Assembly (NCBI GenBank): GCA_050951545.1
Contig: JBMNJG010000005.1
Location: 288,001-352,000 of the forward strand
Source: Limnochordia bacterium
GTDB taxonomy: Bacteria > Bacillota > Limnochordia > DTU080
Reading direction: 5' to 3'
DNA: 64,000 bases
Numbering within the stretch: position 1 is the first letter of the stretch; the number at the start of each line of letters is the position of its first letter. The position numbers and the translations under genes were made by a program. Of the stretch, positions 49,787 to 59,804 are shown piece after piece. The notes beneath the pieces were generated by a model, which did no database searches, was not told the DNA's origin, and saw only the letters and a program-made list of their open reading frames with translations.

Positions 49787-52000
49787 CTAGGCAACCGACG
49801 TCTCTAGCAGGTCGTCTACCTTCCCACCGAGTTCTTGGAGCTGTCCGATGCTCTCTTCAATCTCCTCCGCCGTAAAGAAGTAGTCTTCCGCCTCCGAATG
49901 ATAGCCCAAGCGGGCGTCGGCTCGTACGAGGGGCACGTAGGCCCGACGATTCTCGATCTCATCACTAATGGCCTGACGCATCGTCTGCAGGTAGCCACGC
50001 TTGACATCAGATCCTACGTCGTCAGAAGACTCCTCATAGGCATCACGAGCCAGGGCAAAGCGTAGAAAGTGAACGGTCGAGTGCATGTGGTGAGCAAAGG
50101 CCTGGGCGATGATCATTTCGCGTTCGGCTAGTGAGGGCGGACCTTCATCAGGCACCGATGAAGCAGCCAGCGCCTGCCGTAGCCAGCGCAAACCCTCGTC
50201 CCAGCGCACGGCGACCTCTTCATAGCACTTGAGAACCAGCTCAGCGCCGAAGGGCCGGGTCCAATTGTCGACGATATCGCCCAGGGGCCGCACGCGACAA
50301 CATATGGGCATGGGAATGCCCTTTTTGGGGAAGTTCCACGGCAAGACAGGGGCTCGGTTCGCTGGTGTGTAGTAGAGCACGTTGTTGCTAAAAGGATACG
50401 GATCGAAGGCATTACCGAAGTGACGCCAGGCCTCTAGGGCGGCATCCTTCCCAGCCGACCCGAAAATGCGACTCGCCACTTTCGAGAGAAGCTCCTCCAC
50501 AGGTGGATGCGGCTCCCAGGTAAGCTCACGTTCAACTTCCAGCATGAAATTGGGATAGTTGCCGAAGATCCAGCAGCCCATAGCGCCTTCTGTACCCTCG
50601 CCACGCAGACCACGCCACTTGTCGGCGATGCGCCAGGGGATCGGGTAGTGAGGAACGGTGGCCAACTCGTGCGTCGTGCACCACTGCATCTTGGCAAACG
50701 CAGGCAGACCACTTGAACGGGCAGCTTGTGCCTGTGCTGAGTAGCGTGGCGACGGACCCACATACTTCATGCTGTACTCGTCGATGGGGTATGTTTTCCC
50801 GTCGAGCTCAAACGATCCGCCCCGCTCAAAGTCGCTCATGATGGCCACGTTGCTCAGCTTCGCCAACAGCTCCAACTGAGGACTTGGAGCCAGCGCCGCC
50901 CAGCTCCACGTCCAGATCACCACTTTGGCTTGCGGGCTAACACGATGCACAGCGCCTTCCACCGTGGCGATCAACTCGGCTACGACATCAACAGGCGAAC
51001 GTTCTTTGCAGCGAGGGCAGTCGATGTTAGCGCCGTGCGAGTAGCAGTGACTGTGATTCTCGCTGGCGGTAATCAGTATAACGCCTCCGAGTCCCGGTGC
51101 CAGGCGAAACAGATTGGAGTAGGCCTCGTCGATATAACGGCGAGTCTCAGGTGCACTCGTGCAAAGCGAGTTGACCTGATCAGCCACATCCATGCCGTTG
51201 CCCTTCGCTGAGCGCCCTCGCAGCTCCGGATGCCGCTCCCAGAAGGAGTCGTCTGCCGCTAACGCCTTGGGTTCACAGAAGTAAATGAACACCTCGATGC
51301 CATAGCGAGCGGCCCGACCAATCAGATCGTTCAGTTTCCGCAGGCGACCCTCAGCCTCTTGGCCGAATTCGGGAAAGACAGTGGAAGGAACCAAGTCCTG
51401 CAAGTAGCCATGGATCCACACACCGTTGATACCCAAACGAGACAACGTCTCCAGATAGCCGTTCGGGTAGAAATCCTCATCTAATGTCAACTCATCGGTA
51501 TAGTAAGTGCTCCAGAACGATCGCAAAATGCGCGTCTTAAGAAAGGGACTGCGGGCAATGCTTCCTGGCATCAACCAAGGGCCTCCCGCATCGACCATCA
51601 TAGTCTCGAGAGCGTAGACACCCTGCAGAACACCACGAGGACTCGCCGAGGTCAGAGTGATCTCACTCTCTTTGATTGACAGCTGGTATGCCTCATCGAG
51701 ATCATCCCCGGCCGCAGACAGACGAATCTGTCCTTTGTCAGCAGCGGAGGCATCACGGCTCAGGATGACGCCAAGCTCTGCCAGGAATCGAGTCAACTCA
51801 TCAGCAGCGGTCTCGAGTGCCGCACCGGAACCTTCAATCTCCAAGTGCCAACGGCCATCAAGAACAACAGCGCCCTTCTTTGCTGGGCGCGGAGCAGTAA
51901 TGACCGGGCGCATTGGCTGGGCAAGTCTCGTCTTGAACGACCACGGTCCCTCAGCGGGCCACGTCGTTCTTGGAAACATGATATCAGACATCGTGCGCAT
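49787..52000 (-). CDS. Uncharacterised glycoside-hydrolase-like protein (GH20-type N-domain plus probable TIM barrel)
   Basis: EAYQLSI..RGVLQGVYALE N-domain; GINGVW, ARYGIEVFIY, CPRC motifs. Confidence 0.55.
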   Translation of the reverse strand: MRTMSDIMFPRTTWPAEGPWSFKTRLAQPMRPVITAPRPAKKGAVVLDGRWHLEIEGSGAALETAADELTRFLAELGVILSRDASAADKGQIRLSAAGDDLDEAYQLSIKESEITLTSASPRGVLQGVYALETMMVDAGGPWLMPGSIARSPFLKTRILRSFWSTYYTDELTLDEDFYPNGYLETLSRLGINGVWIHGYLQDLVPSTVFPEFGQEAEGRLRKLNDLIGRAARYGIEVFIYFCEPKALAADDSFWERHPELRGRSAKGNGMDVADQVNSLCTSAPETRRYIDEAYSNLFRLAPGLGGVILITASENHSHCYSHGANIDCPRCKERSPVDVVAELIATVEGAVHRVSPQAKVVIWTWSWAALAPSPQLELLAKLSNVAIMSDFERGGSFELDGKTYPIDEYSMKYVGPSPRYSAQAQAARSSGLPAFAKMQWCTTHELATVPHYPIPWRIADKWRGLRGEGTEGAMGCWIFGNYPNFMLEVERELTWEPHPPVEELLSKVASRIFGSAGKDAALEAWRHFGNAFDPYPFSNNVLYYTPANRAPVLPWNFPKKGIPMPICCRVRPLGDIVDNWTRPFGAELVLKCYEEVAVRWDEGLRWLRQALAASSVPDEGPPSLAEREMIIAQAFAHHMHSTVHFLRFALARDAYEESSDDVGSDVKRGYLQTMRQAISDEIENRRAYVPLVRADARLGYHSEAEDYFFTAEEIEESIGQLQELGGKVDDLLETSVA

Positions 52001-52168
52001 ACCCCCTCTGGTAAAGGCTTACTGATTTCCTGCCACCTCTAGCCCTTATTGCAGAAAAACACACGATTCACTTCTAGTACTTGAGTGTAGCCCGTGGACA
52101 ATCCTCCCTACATCGTGTGCATATCGAGGTTAACGCGCAGATGCTGTAGACCGAGGGGGCACATAAGT

Positions 52169-52206
52169 GCAGCAGGGACCGAGCCACGAAGTCCGGTCCC
52201 TGCTGC
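52169..52206. terminator. Hairpin downstream of third lipoprotein copy
   Basis: GCAGCAGGGACCG..CGGTCCCTGCTGC 13-bp stem. Confidence 0.55.
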
Positions 52207-52236
52207 CAAGCGAACACGAAGCCCTAGCTGTGGCGC

Positions 52237-52733
52237 CTAGAAATCCAGAGGCTCCTGCACCAGGTTCAGAAACTCAAGTTTGGTGACCTTCCACTTCTTA
52301 TCGATACTGCGCAGGGTGACCCTGAGGGGTGATCTGCGCTCCATTCTCGACCCCCTTGAGCATTCCTTGTCCCAGCAATCCAATTGGACATCCTTGTAGG
52401 CACCGCTGGCCGTAGCTGTCCCGCCGTCCACCTTGATGTCGCGCGCGGTCAACTGCGCGGCCGGGTGTTCCCAAACGCCAAAGTAGTAAAAGCCCTCAAA
52501 GAAATCTTCCCTATTTGCATACGTCGCATCCCATCCTCGCGTGCGACCTCCGCAACCACATCCTGGACTATGACGGTGTTCAGATACGTGACATCGCCCT
52601 TAACAATCGCCTGCATTACCTCATTCAGGACCGTGTTGATGGCCTCTGTCTCATCAACCCGCCGACTGAGACATCCAGTGGCAATCAGAGCCAGTCCGAG
52701 CAACGCCACCAAAAACAGTTTTTTCTTCATCAC
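52237..52733 (-). pseudogene. Third lipoprotein paralog, frameshifted near 52540
   Basis: LIATGC..VLNEVMQAIVKGD in one frame; GFYYFGVWEHPAAQLTAR..KWKVTKLEF in another. Confidence 0.82.
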
Positions 52734-52838
52734 GTAATCCTCCCCGGTGTTGCGCGAATGCGGTACCTGTACCTATCACCTCTGTAGATACATTGATGGT
52801 ACCCGAGGCCTCCATCTTCCTATCTGGAATGGTGGTAA

Positions 52839-52866
52839 ATTCCATGCCTACCCAGGAACTTCCTGC
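52839..52866 (-). promoter_or_regulatory. sigmaH-like promoter
   Basis: Minus strand GCAGGAAGTT-N14-GAAT. Confidence 0.45.
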
Positions 52867-52996
52867 GGGCAAAGCAACGTTTTCCGAAATCTTCCTGCCC
52901 TATCATGGAAGCCCGAGGAAAAACACAAAGCCCGGACGCCATCCGGACTCTGTGACTTGCTCTATCGCTAGGTAGGGAAATGGTCTGGCTGCTCTA

Positions 52997-53401
52997 CTAG
53001 GCGTCTTTGGGCCGTCGCATCTCGGCAAAGCGCAGCACGACGTGGGCCACTAGAGCAAAGATGAAGAAAACAAGAAGCATCGAGGAAATGCCCCGTAGGG
53101 TCTCGATCACCGTGCGGTAGATCTCGACAAACCAGCGTTCGGACGTTAGCTCTACAACCCGGGCGCTTTGATCCCAACTCGGAGGCGTGATATACCTATC
53201 AAGCTGTGTAATGCGTACACCAGACGAGATACCTACAACCACCATGGCAAACCTCAGGTACTGCGCCCACGCGGAGCTACTCTCGTCAGCAATGATCCGG
53301 GCGAGAACACGGTCGATAGGCTTGACAAAGTAGCGGGCTACGCCATAGGAGACACCTGTCGCCAGGACAAACGAGACCACGAGCAGTGTAATGAACATCA
53401 C
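52997..53401 (-). CDS. Small hypothetical membrane protein (about 3 TM)
   Basis: 134 aa, three hydrophobic segments, AAGGAG RBS. Confidence 0.75.
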   Translation of the reverse strand: MMFITLLVVSFVLATGVSYGVARYFVKPIDRVLARIIADESSSAWAQYLRFAMVVVGISSGVRITQLDRYITPPSWDQSARVVELTSERWFVEIYRTVIETLRGISSMLLVFFIFALVAHVVLRFAEMRRPKDA

Positions 53402-53544
53402 GCCACTCCTTCCTGCATCACAGGCTGTTCAGGCGAGGATTCCTCTTCAACAGCCCCTCGTGAATTCCTATGCGCAGCCAGGAAAAGGGATGCTCGCTCC
53501 GTCGACGAAGGCTTGACACGCACATCCTGGAAAGGAGTCTTTCC

Positions 53545-54279
53545 ATGTCCGCACGGCAACTGCATCTGATGGTTGTAGGCGCTCATGCCTTTGATGCCGA
53601 GGTAATGGCTGGCCACCTGATCGCCAAATACACCCGCGCCGGACACAAGGCAACGATTGTCCACCTCACCATGGGAGAAAAGGGGCACAAGATCCTTGCA
53701 CCGGAGGAGTACGCCGCCCAGAAGAAAGAAGAGGCGAAGGCGGCTGCCAAGGTGCTTGGCGCCGATGTGCGATTTCTGCCCTACAAAGATGCCGAACTGC
53801 CCGCCGATGACGATGTGAAATACGCGCTATGCGACATCATCCGTGAGACCAAGCCCAACATCATCATCACCCACTGGAAAGGCAGCATCCATAAAGACCA
53901 CATCAACACCCATCTCATTGTCGAAGATGCTCGCTTCTATGCCGCTCTCCCCGCTATCCAACGTGCCCTGCCCGCGCACGGCGCTTGGGGCCTGTTCTAT
54001 GCTGAGAACTGGGAAGACCCCGAGGGTTTTGAGATTGATACTTACGTGGATATTACCGATGTCTTTGATCAGTGGGTTGAGGCTTGCCACCAGTATGCGC
54101 TGGGCAGGGGTGAAGTCTCGAGTTTTCGCTATATGGATTACTACCAGGCCCTCGCCACTATGCGTGGCTGCTTGGCCGGGTACAGCCGCGCAGCAGCGCT
54201 CATGCGACCCAGGGGAGCCCATGTGCGCAAGGGCCAAGCTCTGCCAGGCTACGAATTGGAGCAGCTACGAGGAGACTAG
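53545..54279 (+). CDS. PIG-L/LmbE-family deacetylase
   Basis: GAHAFDAE, LTMGEKG, HKDH, YVDIT. Confidence 0.88.
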   Translation: MSARQLHLMVVGAHAFDAEVMAGHLIAKYTRAGHKATIVHLTMGEKGHKILAPEEYAAQKKEEAKAAAKVLGADVRFLPYKDAELPADDDVKYALCDIIRETKPNIIITHWKGSIHKDHINTHLIVEDARFYAALPAIQRALPAHGAWGLFYAENWEDPEGFEIDTYVDITDVFDQWVEACHQYALGRGEVSSFRYMDYYQALATMRGCLAGYSRAAALMRPRGAHVRKGQALPGYELEQLRGD

Positions 54280-54434
54280 CAGTTGTGATTCATTTCGCCA
54301 CGCTGTAGATGATGGTGCCGAAGCCGCTGAGATCCTTGCCAGTTGGGGGCCTGCACGGCAGGCGTTTCAGACAAGATGCCACGAAGCCTTGCTGTACCAT
54401 AGCTAACGTCTACAGATAACGGGGAGGTCAGCGT

Positions 54435-55425
54435 ATGGAGGCGACCAGCATCCGCATTCGCGGGTACCAAGGAGGAGACGAAAAATCACTGATCGCTTGT
54501 TGGAACGCCAGTCTACCCTACGATACTATCAACGAGCAGGTCTTCGTGCGCAAAGTGTTGTGCGACAGCAACTTCGACCCTGAGGGGCTGGTCGTAGCTG
54601 AGGGGCCACACACAGAGATCGTGGGGTTTGTACTGGCCTTGGTGCGCCGCACCCCGCTCTTCGGCAGTGACCTGGAGCCATCTGATGGCTGGATCACCGC
54701 CTTTGCCGTCAGCCCTGCCTGGCGCCGCCAAGGCATCGGTCGGGCCCTGTTTGCTGCTGCCGATAGGTTCTTGCGTGCACGCGGCCGCAAGTGCGTGTCG
54801 TTCGCTCCGTATGCGCCCCATTACTTTGTTCCCGGTATTGACGCGCAGCATTACCCAGAAGGTGCGGCCCTCTTGTCAGCCATGGGTTTTGGCAACCTCT
54901 ACCCGTGTGTATCGATGGACATCAGCCTCCCACTGTTTGTGATACCCACTGACGTGCAGGCCACTGTGTGGCAACGGCAACAGGAGGGCTATCGTTTTGA
55001 GCCGCTTTCCCTTCCCTACGTCCTAAAGACCATCGACTTGGCTCACAGCCACTTCCACGCAGATTGGGGCCGCTGCCGTGCGCGAGGCCTTGGCAGCTGG
55101 TGTCCCCCATGATCGTTTCTTGATCGCCATTGGCCCCTACGACGAGGTAGTCGGCTTCTGCATGTGGGGCGCTTACGATCATGCGCCCGACCGTTTCGGT
55201 CCCTTCGGTGTGCTGGAGAAAGAGCGCGGAAAGGGCCTGGGCAAAATCCTGCTCTATCTCGGGCTCGAGGCCATGCGTACCATGGGGGTGCATGATGCCT
55301 GGTGTCTGTGGACGGGCGAAAACGGCCCTGCGGGTCGCTTGTACAAACGCGCTGGATTCACGGTCACTCGACGATTCACGGTGATGAAAAAGCAGCTGAC
55401 TCACATGGAAGGTGAGATGGCATGA
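54435..55425 (+). pseudogene. Tandem-domain GNAT acetyltransferase, frameshifted near 55074
   Basis: RRQGIG motif in first frame; DWGR-AVRE continuity broken by one extra base; RFGPFGV..RGKGLG in second frame. Confidence 0.82.
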
Positions 55426-56525
55426 GAACCCTAGTTACAGGTGATCCGGAAAAGGCGGGCCTCGACCCTAATCAACTGAACTATGCCTATCAGACGGTAG
55501 AGCGCTGGAGCGAGGCACGCAAGATACCAGGCGCTGTGCTTGCCATTGGGCGTCACGGGATTCTCGTTGGACCAAGAGCCATCGGGCTAGCCAGCCTAGA
55601 ACCCGAGGAAAAACCCTTGCGCCCTGACGCCCTCTATGACTTGGCCTCAGTCACCAAAGTCGTGGCCACAACCACCTGCGCCCTGATGCTCATTGAGCAC
55701 GGTGCCATGCGTCTCGACGATCCTGTGTCATTCTTCTTGCCAGAGTTCAAGCACGAAACCGTAGCCATTCGTCATCTGCTCACACACAGCTCAGGTCTGC
55801 CTGCATGGCGCCCTCTTTATCAGAGCAATGCGACGCCCCAGGAGATGATCAGTACCCTCATGCAGCTGCCTTTGGAGTACGAAACAGGTCAGCGCGTCGT
55901 CTACAGCTGTCTGGGCTATATACTGCTGGCACAGGTGATTGAGCACGTCAGTGCTACACCTCTAGATGAACTGGCTCGGACCGAGGTCTTCGCTCCACTG
56001 GGGATGCTCGATACCATGTATCGGCCTGATGCCCAGCGTCGCCAGCGCGCTGTACCCACAGAGAGGGACTCTCGTACGGGGCAGTTCAAACAAGGCGTAG
56101 TACATGACGAAAATGCCTTTGGGCTCGGCGGGGTTAGCGGCAATGCCGGTCTTTTTAGCACAGCTGCAGACACAGCGATTTTCTGCCAGATGCTACTCAA
56201 CAAAGGCTGCTACGGCGCCACCCGTATTCTGTCCCCCGCTATGGTAGGCTTAGCTACTGCTAATCACACAGGGCATCTGAATGACTCCCGCGGTCTGGGT
56301 TGGGTGATCAAGGGCCATCACCGTTGGTCCTCTGCTGGCGACCTGTTCTCCCCGTCCTCTTTTGGGCACACGGGTTTTACGGGTACATCCCTGTGGATCG
56401 ATCCCGTATGCGACCTATTCCTGGTACTGCTGACGAACGGCGTACACCCCGCAAGAGAGGCAGCACAACACATCCGCTTACGCCCCCTTGTGGCCAACGC
56501 CGTGGCTTCGGCGATCGTTCAGTAG
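55422..56525 (+). CDS. Serine hydrolase, beta-lactamase/AmiE-like family
   Basis: YDLASVTK, LLTHSSG, VHDEN, FGHTGFTG; paralog of 29014-30105. Confidence 0.9.
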   Translation: MRTLVTGDPEKAGLDPNQLNYAYQTVERWSEARKIPGAVLAIGRHGILVGPRAIGLASLEPEEKPLRPDALYDLASVTKVVATTTCALMLIEHGAMRLDDPVSFFLPEFKHETVAIRHLLTHSSGLPAWRPLYQSNATPQEMISTLMQLPLEYETGQRVVYSCLGYILLAQVIEHVSATPLDELARTEVFAPLGMLDTMYRPDAQRRQRAVPTERDSRTGQFKQGVVHDENAFGLGGVSGNAGLFSTAADTAIFCQMLLNKGCYGATRILSPAMVGLATANHTGHLNDSRGLGWVIKGHHRWSSAGDLFSPSSFGHTGFTGTSLWIDPVCDLFLVLLTNGVHPAREAAQHIRLRPLVANAVASAIVQ

Positions 56526-56561
56526 CTGAAACGACGTTTTGGAAAGGAAAGGGGCCTCACA

Positions 56562-57905
56562 ATGACCGTTCTTCATGCTGGTGCAGCCGAAGTAGATATC
56601 ACACCTGCACTGGGAACCTATTTGGCCGGATCGTTTACTGAACGCCAAGCGCACGACGTCTCCGATCCCCTGCGAGCGAAAGCACTCGTAATAGATGATG
56701 GCCGTAGGCAGGTGGCCTTGGTCGTGCTCGATCTCATCGGTTTGGCCAGCTCGGACGTGCAGGAAATACGCAAGCTGGTGCACACATCCATTGGCATGCC
56801 GCCTGAGCACGTGTTGGTGGCCTGCACACACACCCACACTGGCCCGATCACGCGTCCCTGGCACGCCAAACGAGATGAGGAGTATTTTGCCTGGCTAGCC
56901 AGACGCGTCTCAGATTGTGTACGGCTGGCCCACAAGCGTCTCCGTCCGGCGCGGCTGGCCTGGGGACAGGGTGAGGTCCACGGCATCAGTTTCTGTCGGC
57001 GCTATCGTATGCGCGATGGCACGGTACGCATGAACCCCGGAAGGGGAAATCCGGACATTGTTGAACCCACGAGTCCCGTCGATCCGGCTGTAGGTGTTCT
57101 TCTTGTGGAAAATGACGAGGGAACACCTATGGCAGTAGTGACCCAGTTTAGCCTGCACTATGTGGGCACCGACGATTCGCTGGCGATCTCTGCCGACTAC
57201 TACGGGCATTTCGATCGGTTCATGCGACGCATACTGGGTCCCTCTTGCCTGCCTATGCTCTTCAACGGTACCTCTGGGCAAATAAACAACGTGGATGTCT
57301 TCGCCACGCATCGTGAATCCGGGCATCGCCAGGCCCGTCGCGTCGCTAGCATCCTCGGCGGAGAAGTGCTCAAGGTCTTGGGCACGCTCAAAACCAGAGA
57401 TGACATTTCCGTGGCGGCAAGCAGCCAACCGATAGAACTACCCCGGCAGAACGTCACCTCGGAAGATCTCGAAATCGCCAGAGCCATCTTGGCAGGCCAT
57501 GACCCGCATCCCGAAAGCGGTCCCTTTAGCTTTGTGGTGGGCCAGCCGATCCCTGCAGTGCGCCGAGCACACTATGCCCGGCAATGCCTGCGCCTCAACG
57601 AGCTACCTGCCCACCTCGTAAGCGAGGTGCAGGTACTGCGCATAGGCGAGTCTGCTTGGGTGGGACTCCCCGGTGAGATCTTTGTTGAAATCGGGCTGGC
57701 GATCAAGAAAACCTCACTCTGCCCGGATACCTTCGTCATCGGTCTGGCCAACGACAACCTTGGTTACGTCCCCACGGACTATGCCTTTCTTCACGAAGGT
57801 GGATATGAGACTTGGGCTGGCGGCTGGAGGCCTGTCGGCCCAGGTACAGAGGGCATTCTCGTGACTACCGCGCACAGCCTGTTGCGCGGCCTTTGTACCA
57901 GGTAA
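56562..57905 (+). CDS. Ceramidase-like hydrolase
   Basis: DITP, CTHTHTGP, ISADY, LPGEIF, GGYET. Confidence 0.8.
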   Translation: MTVLHAGAAEVDITPALGTYLAGSFTERQAHDVSDPLRAKALVIDDGRRQVALVVLDLIGLASSDVQEIRKLVHTSIGMPPEHVLVACTHTHTGPITRPWHAKRDEEYFAWLARRVSDCVRLAHKRLRPARLAWGQGEVHGISFCRRYRMRDGTVRMNPGRGNPDIVEPTSPVDPAVGVLLVENDEGTPMAVVTQFSLHYVGTDDSLAISADYYGHFDRFMRRILGPSCLPMLFNGTSGQINNVDVFATHRESGHRQARRVASILGGEVLKVLGTLKTRDDISVAASSQPIELPRQNVTSEDLEIARAILAGHDPHPESGPFSFVVGQPIPAVRRAHYARQCLRLNELPAHLVSEVQVLRIGESAWVGLPGEIFVEIGLAIKKTSLCPDTFVIGLANDNLGYVPTDYAFLHEGGYETWAGGWRPVGPGTEGILVTTAHSLLRGLCTR

Positions 57906-57929
57906 TGCAAGAGGCGCCCCACACACGGG

Positions 57930-58254
57930 CGCCTCATCAATATCGTTCCAGGTCCAGCGGCCCCCTTTATGCATGTCTGCTGACTCCACTAACCCTGCGT
58001 TGGCCATCTGGTCTTTGTCGTAGTAGAGGGCCGGCACCTCGTAGGTGTTCTTGATCCGGCGAAAGCTGCACTGCTTCTGCTTCGACGCCGAGATTCCTGG
58101 CGTTAAACGCCTCAACCAGTGGTTCTATGTAGGCCAAACTCCACGAGGAGAGTGCCACCTTCGCTTCAGTTGGAGGTACCAATCCCAGTGAAATCACTGT
58201 GGTTGCAGCAAGTACCCAGGCGAGCCAAACTGCACACCGTTCGTTTACACCCAT
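57930..58254 (-). pseudogene. Solute-binding-protein relic
   Basis: Signal peptide and LVEAFNARN, then after a frame change ALYYDKDQMANAGL..WTWND; most of the gene is missing. Confidence 0.6.
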
Positions 58255-58462
58255 GGGTCTCATCCTCCTCTACGGAAATACCTGCCCCGGCTAGGCTACC
58301 ATAGGTTACCACCGCTACCCCCTTGCTGACAGGCGTGACTACGACAGCATGTGGGCGAATATTGACGAAGGCGGGAGCGATGACCCGAAGGCCCACCGTT
58401 CCCGCCCAGAGTCAGATGAAAACGCCCATCGTCCAGGACTTTTCGAGAACCGCCTTAAGTTC

Positions 58463-58639
58463 TTACCACCTGTCGCGGTGTCTAGGGAAGCACGGGCGAC
58501 GGCAGCAGCAACAGCAACAGCAGCAACAGCAACGACAACGACACCAGTCCCAGGAGCTGTCATGTCTGCGACGTCGACGGCTATCCTCGCGGTCACCCCG
58601 GTCGTAGTCACATCGATCATGGTAGTACTGGTCCGACAC
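58463..58639 (-). CDS. 58-aa Cys/Arg/Asp-rich peptide with ten consecutive Cys
   Basis: GGAGGAGGTG RBS 7 nt before GTG; MSDQYYHDRC..RRRRRHDSSWDWCRCR-C10-RRPCFPRHRDRW; mixed TGT/TGC codons. Confidence 0.68.
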   Translation of the reverse strand: MSDQYYHDRCDYDRGDREDSRRRRRHDSSWDWCRCRCCCCCCCCCCRRPCFPRHRDRW

Positions 58640-58787
58640 GGTTACGCACCTCCTCCGATGAACGCTCTTGGCCCTCTCCAGAAGCAGACTACGTTCGGTT
58701 AGGCCGACAGGTAACGGGAATAGAACCCCGAATCGACGTGACTGGGCTCCGTAGCTGCCTTGGGCCTGGGCCGCTAGCATGGCACAC

Positions 58788-58836
58788 AAAGAGCCCCCGG
58801 TACCAAGGGCATTGGAGACAGCCCATACCGGAGGCT
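58788..58836 (-). terminator. Probable terminator of 58914-59645
   Basis: Minus strand AGCCTCCGGTA..TACCGGGGGCT followed by CTTTG. Confidence 0.5.
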
Positions 58837-58913
58837 TGCTTGTCTAGTGCCAGTAAGTCGCAATAGCCGCAGTTCTATAGGTAAGGGGGTACTCGTCTAG
58901 GTGCCCAAAAACG

Positions 58914-59645
58914 TTACTTAGGCGCCGCAGTTCCTTCTACCCTTGGCCCGACCATGCGCCCCAACGCCAAGGTGTTCGTTCCTGTCGTAGAGGTATTGCC
59001 CCAGGCATACAGGCGAAAGGTCACCTCCACTCCCTCTGGGATATTCTGCAGCATATCAAAGGTGGTTAGATCGATTGTGGGAATGGGGTCGCCAGGGGAC
59101 GTCGTCGTGTTTGGATGCCCCGCTACGTCGCTTTTCATGTAGAGAAATGGATCGGCCAAAAGCGGATCTGGCTGTTTTCGCGTTCCGGAGGTGCGACCGT
59201 AGTAGTTGAATTCGGAGATGATTGTCCCATCGGTCTTGAAGCCGTCGAAGCTCACCTGTAGCTCAACGTTCATAGGCGCAGACAGTGCTGAGCGGCGCAG
59301 CGATAAATCAAGCGTAGACAGGGAAACCCTGAAATCGGGCTGCACAGTGAAACCGAACTGAAAGTACCCGCCAGCAGCGAAAGAGTCTGCGCGCGATTGC
59401 GCCTTGTCCCAGCCATCCGCCGAAAAGCCATTGGTGAGTGTAGCCAGATTAATGCCCGGCCCACGCGTCAAGTCCATAGGCACGATACCAGTCAGCCCTG
59501 GGTCGGCCTTAACCAGTTCAGCAGGTTGCTTTATGCCTACCACATTGTAGCAGAGAGAGAAACTGGAGGCTGGTGTGGCTCCGAAAACTGCCACGCTGAG
59601 TAACAGCACGCTCAGAATCATGAAAGAGAGCTCACGCCGAATCAT
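58914..59645 (-). CDS. Secreted hypothetical beta-sandwich protein
   Basis: Signal peptide; YFQFGFTV..VSLSTL..RRS and VTFRLYAW strands. Confidence 0.7.
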   Translation of the reverse strand: MIRRELSFMILSVLLLSVAVFGATPASSFSLCYNVVGIKQPAELVKADPGLTGIVPMDLTRGPGINLATLTNGFSADGWDKAQSRADSFAAGGYFQFGFTVQPDFRVSLSTLDLSLRRSALSAPMNVELQVSFDGFKTDGTIISEFNYYGRTSGTRKQPDPLLADPFLYMKSDVAGHPNTTTSPGDPIPTIDLTTFDMLQNIPEGVEVTFRLYAWGNTSTTGTNTLALGRMVGPRVEGTAAPK

Positions 59646-59804
59646 GCCACGATCACCCCTTTTGCAGATATGTGCCCAACTCCAAGCGAGTACCCCATGC
59701 CGAATACATCAGTTGTTCACTGCCCGACTCGGCATTCCTGCGAAAAAACTGCCCCAAGCACAGTGCGCCTGGGGCAGTTCTCTACACATAATTGGTGGCC
59801 ATGA

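Noticed and set aside
29014-56525. Beta-lactam resistance genes
   Set aside because: The two SxxK proteins lack signal peptides and sit in catabolic contexts; they look like esterase or amidase family members.
22514-58639. Streptolysin-like RiPP cluster linking the ABC exporter to the Cys peptide
   Set aside because: They are over 30 kb apart and no YcaO, dehydrogenase or CAAX protease gene is seen.
58323-58702. Poly-Gln, Ala/Thr-rich and Val/Ala-rich ORFs
   Set aside because: Alternative frames of the poly-Cys tract; only the Cys frame has a strong, well-spaced RBS.
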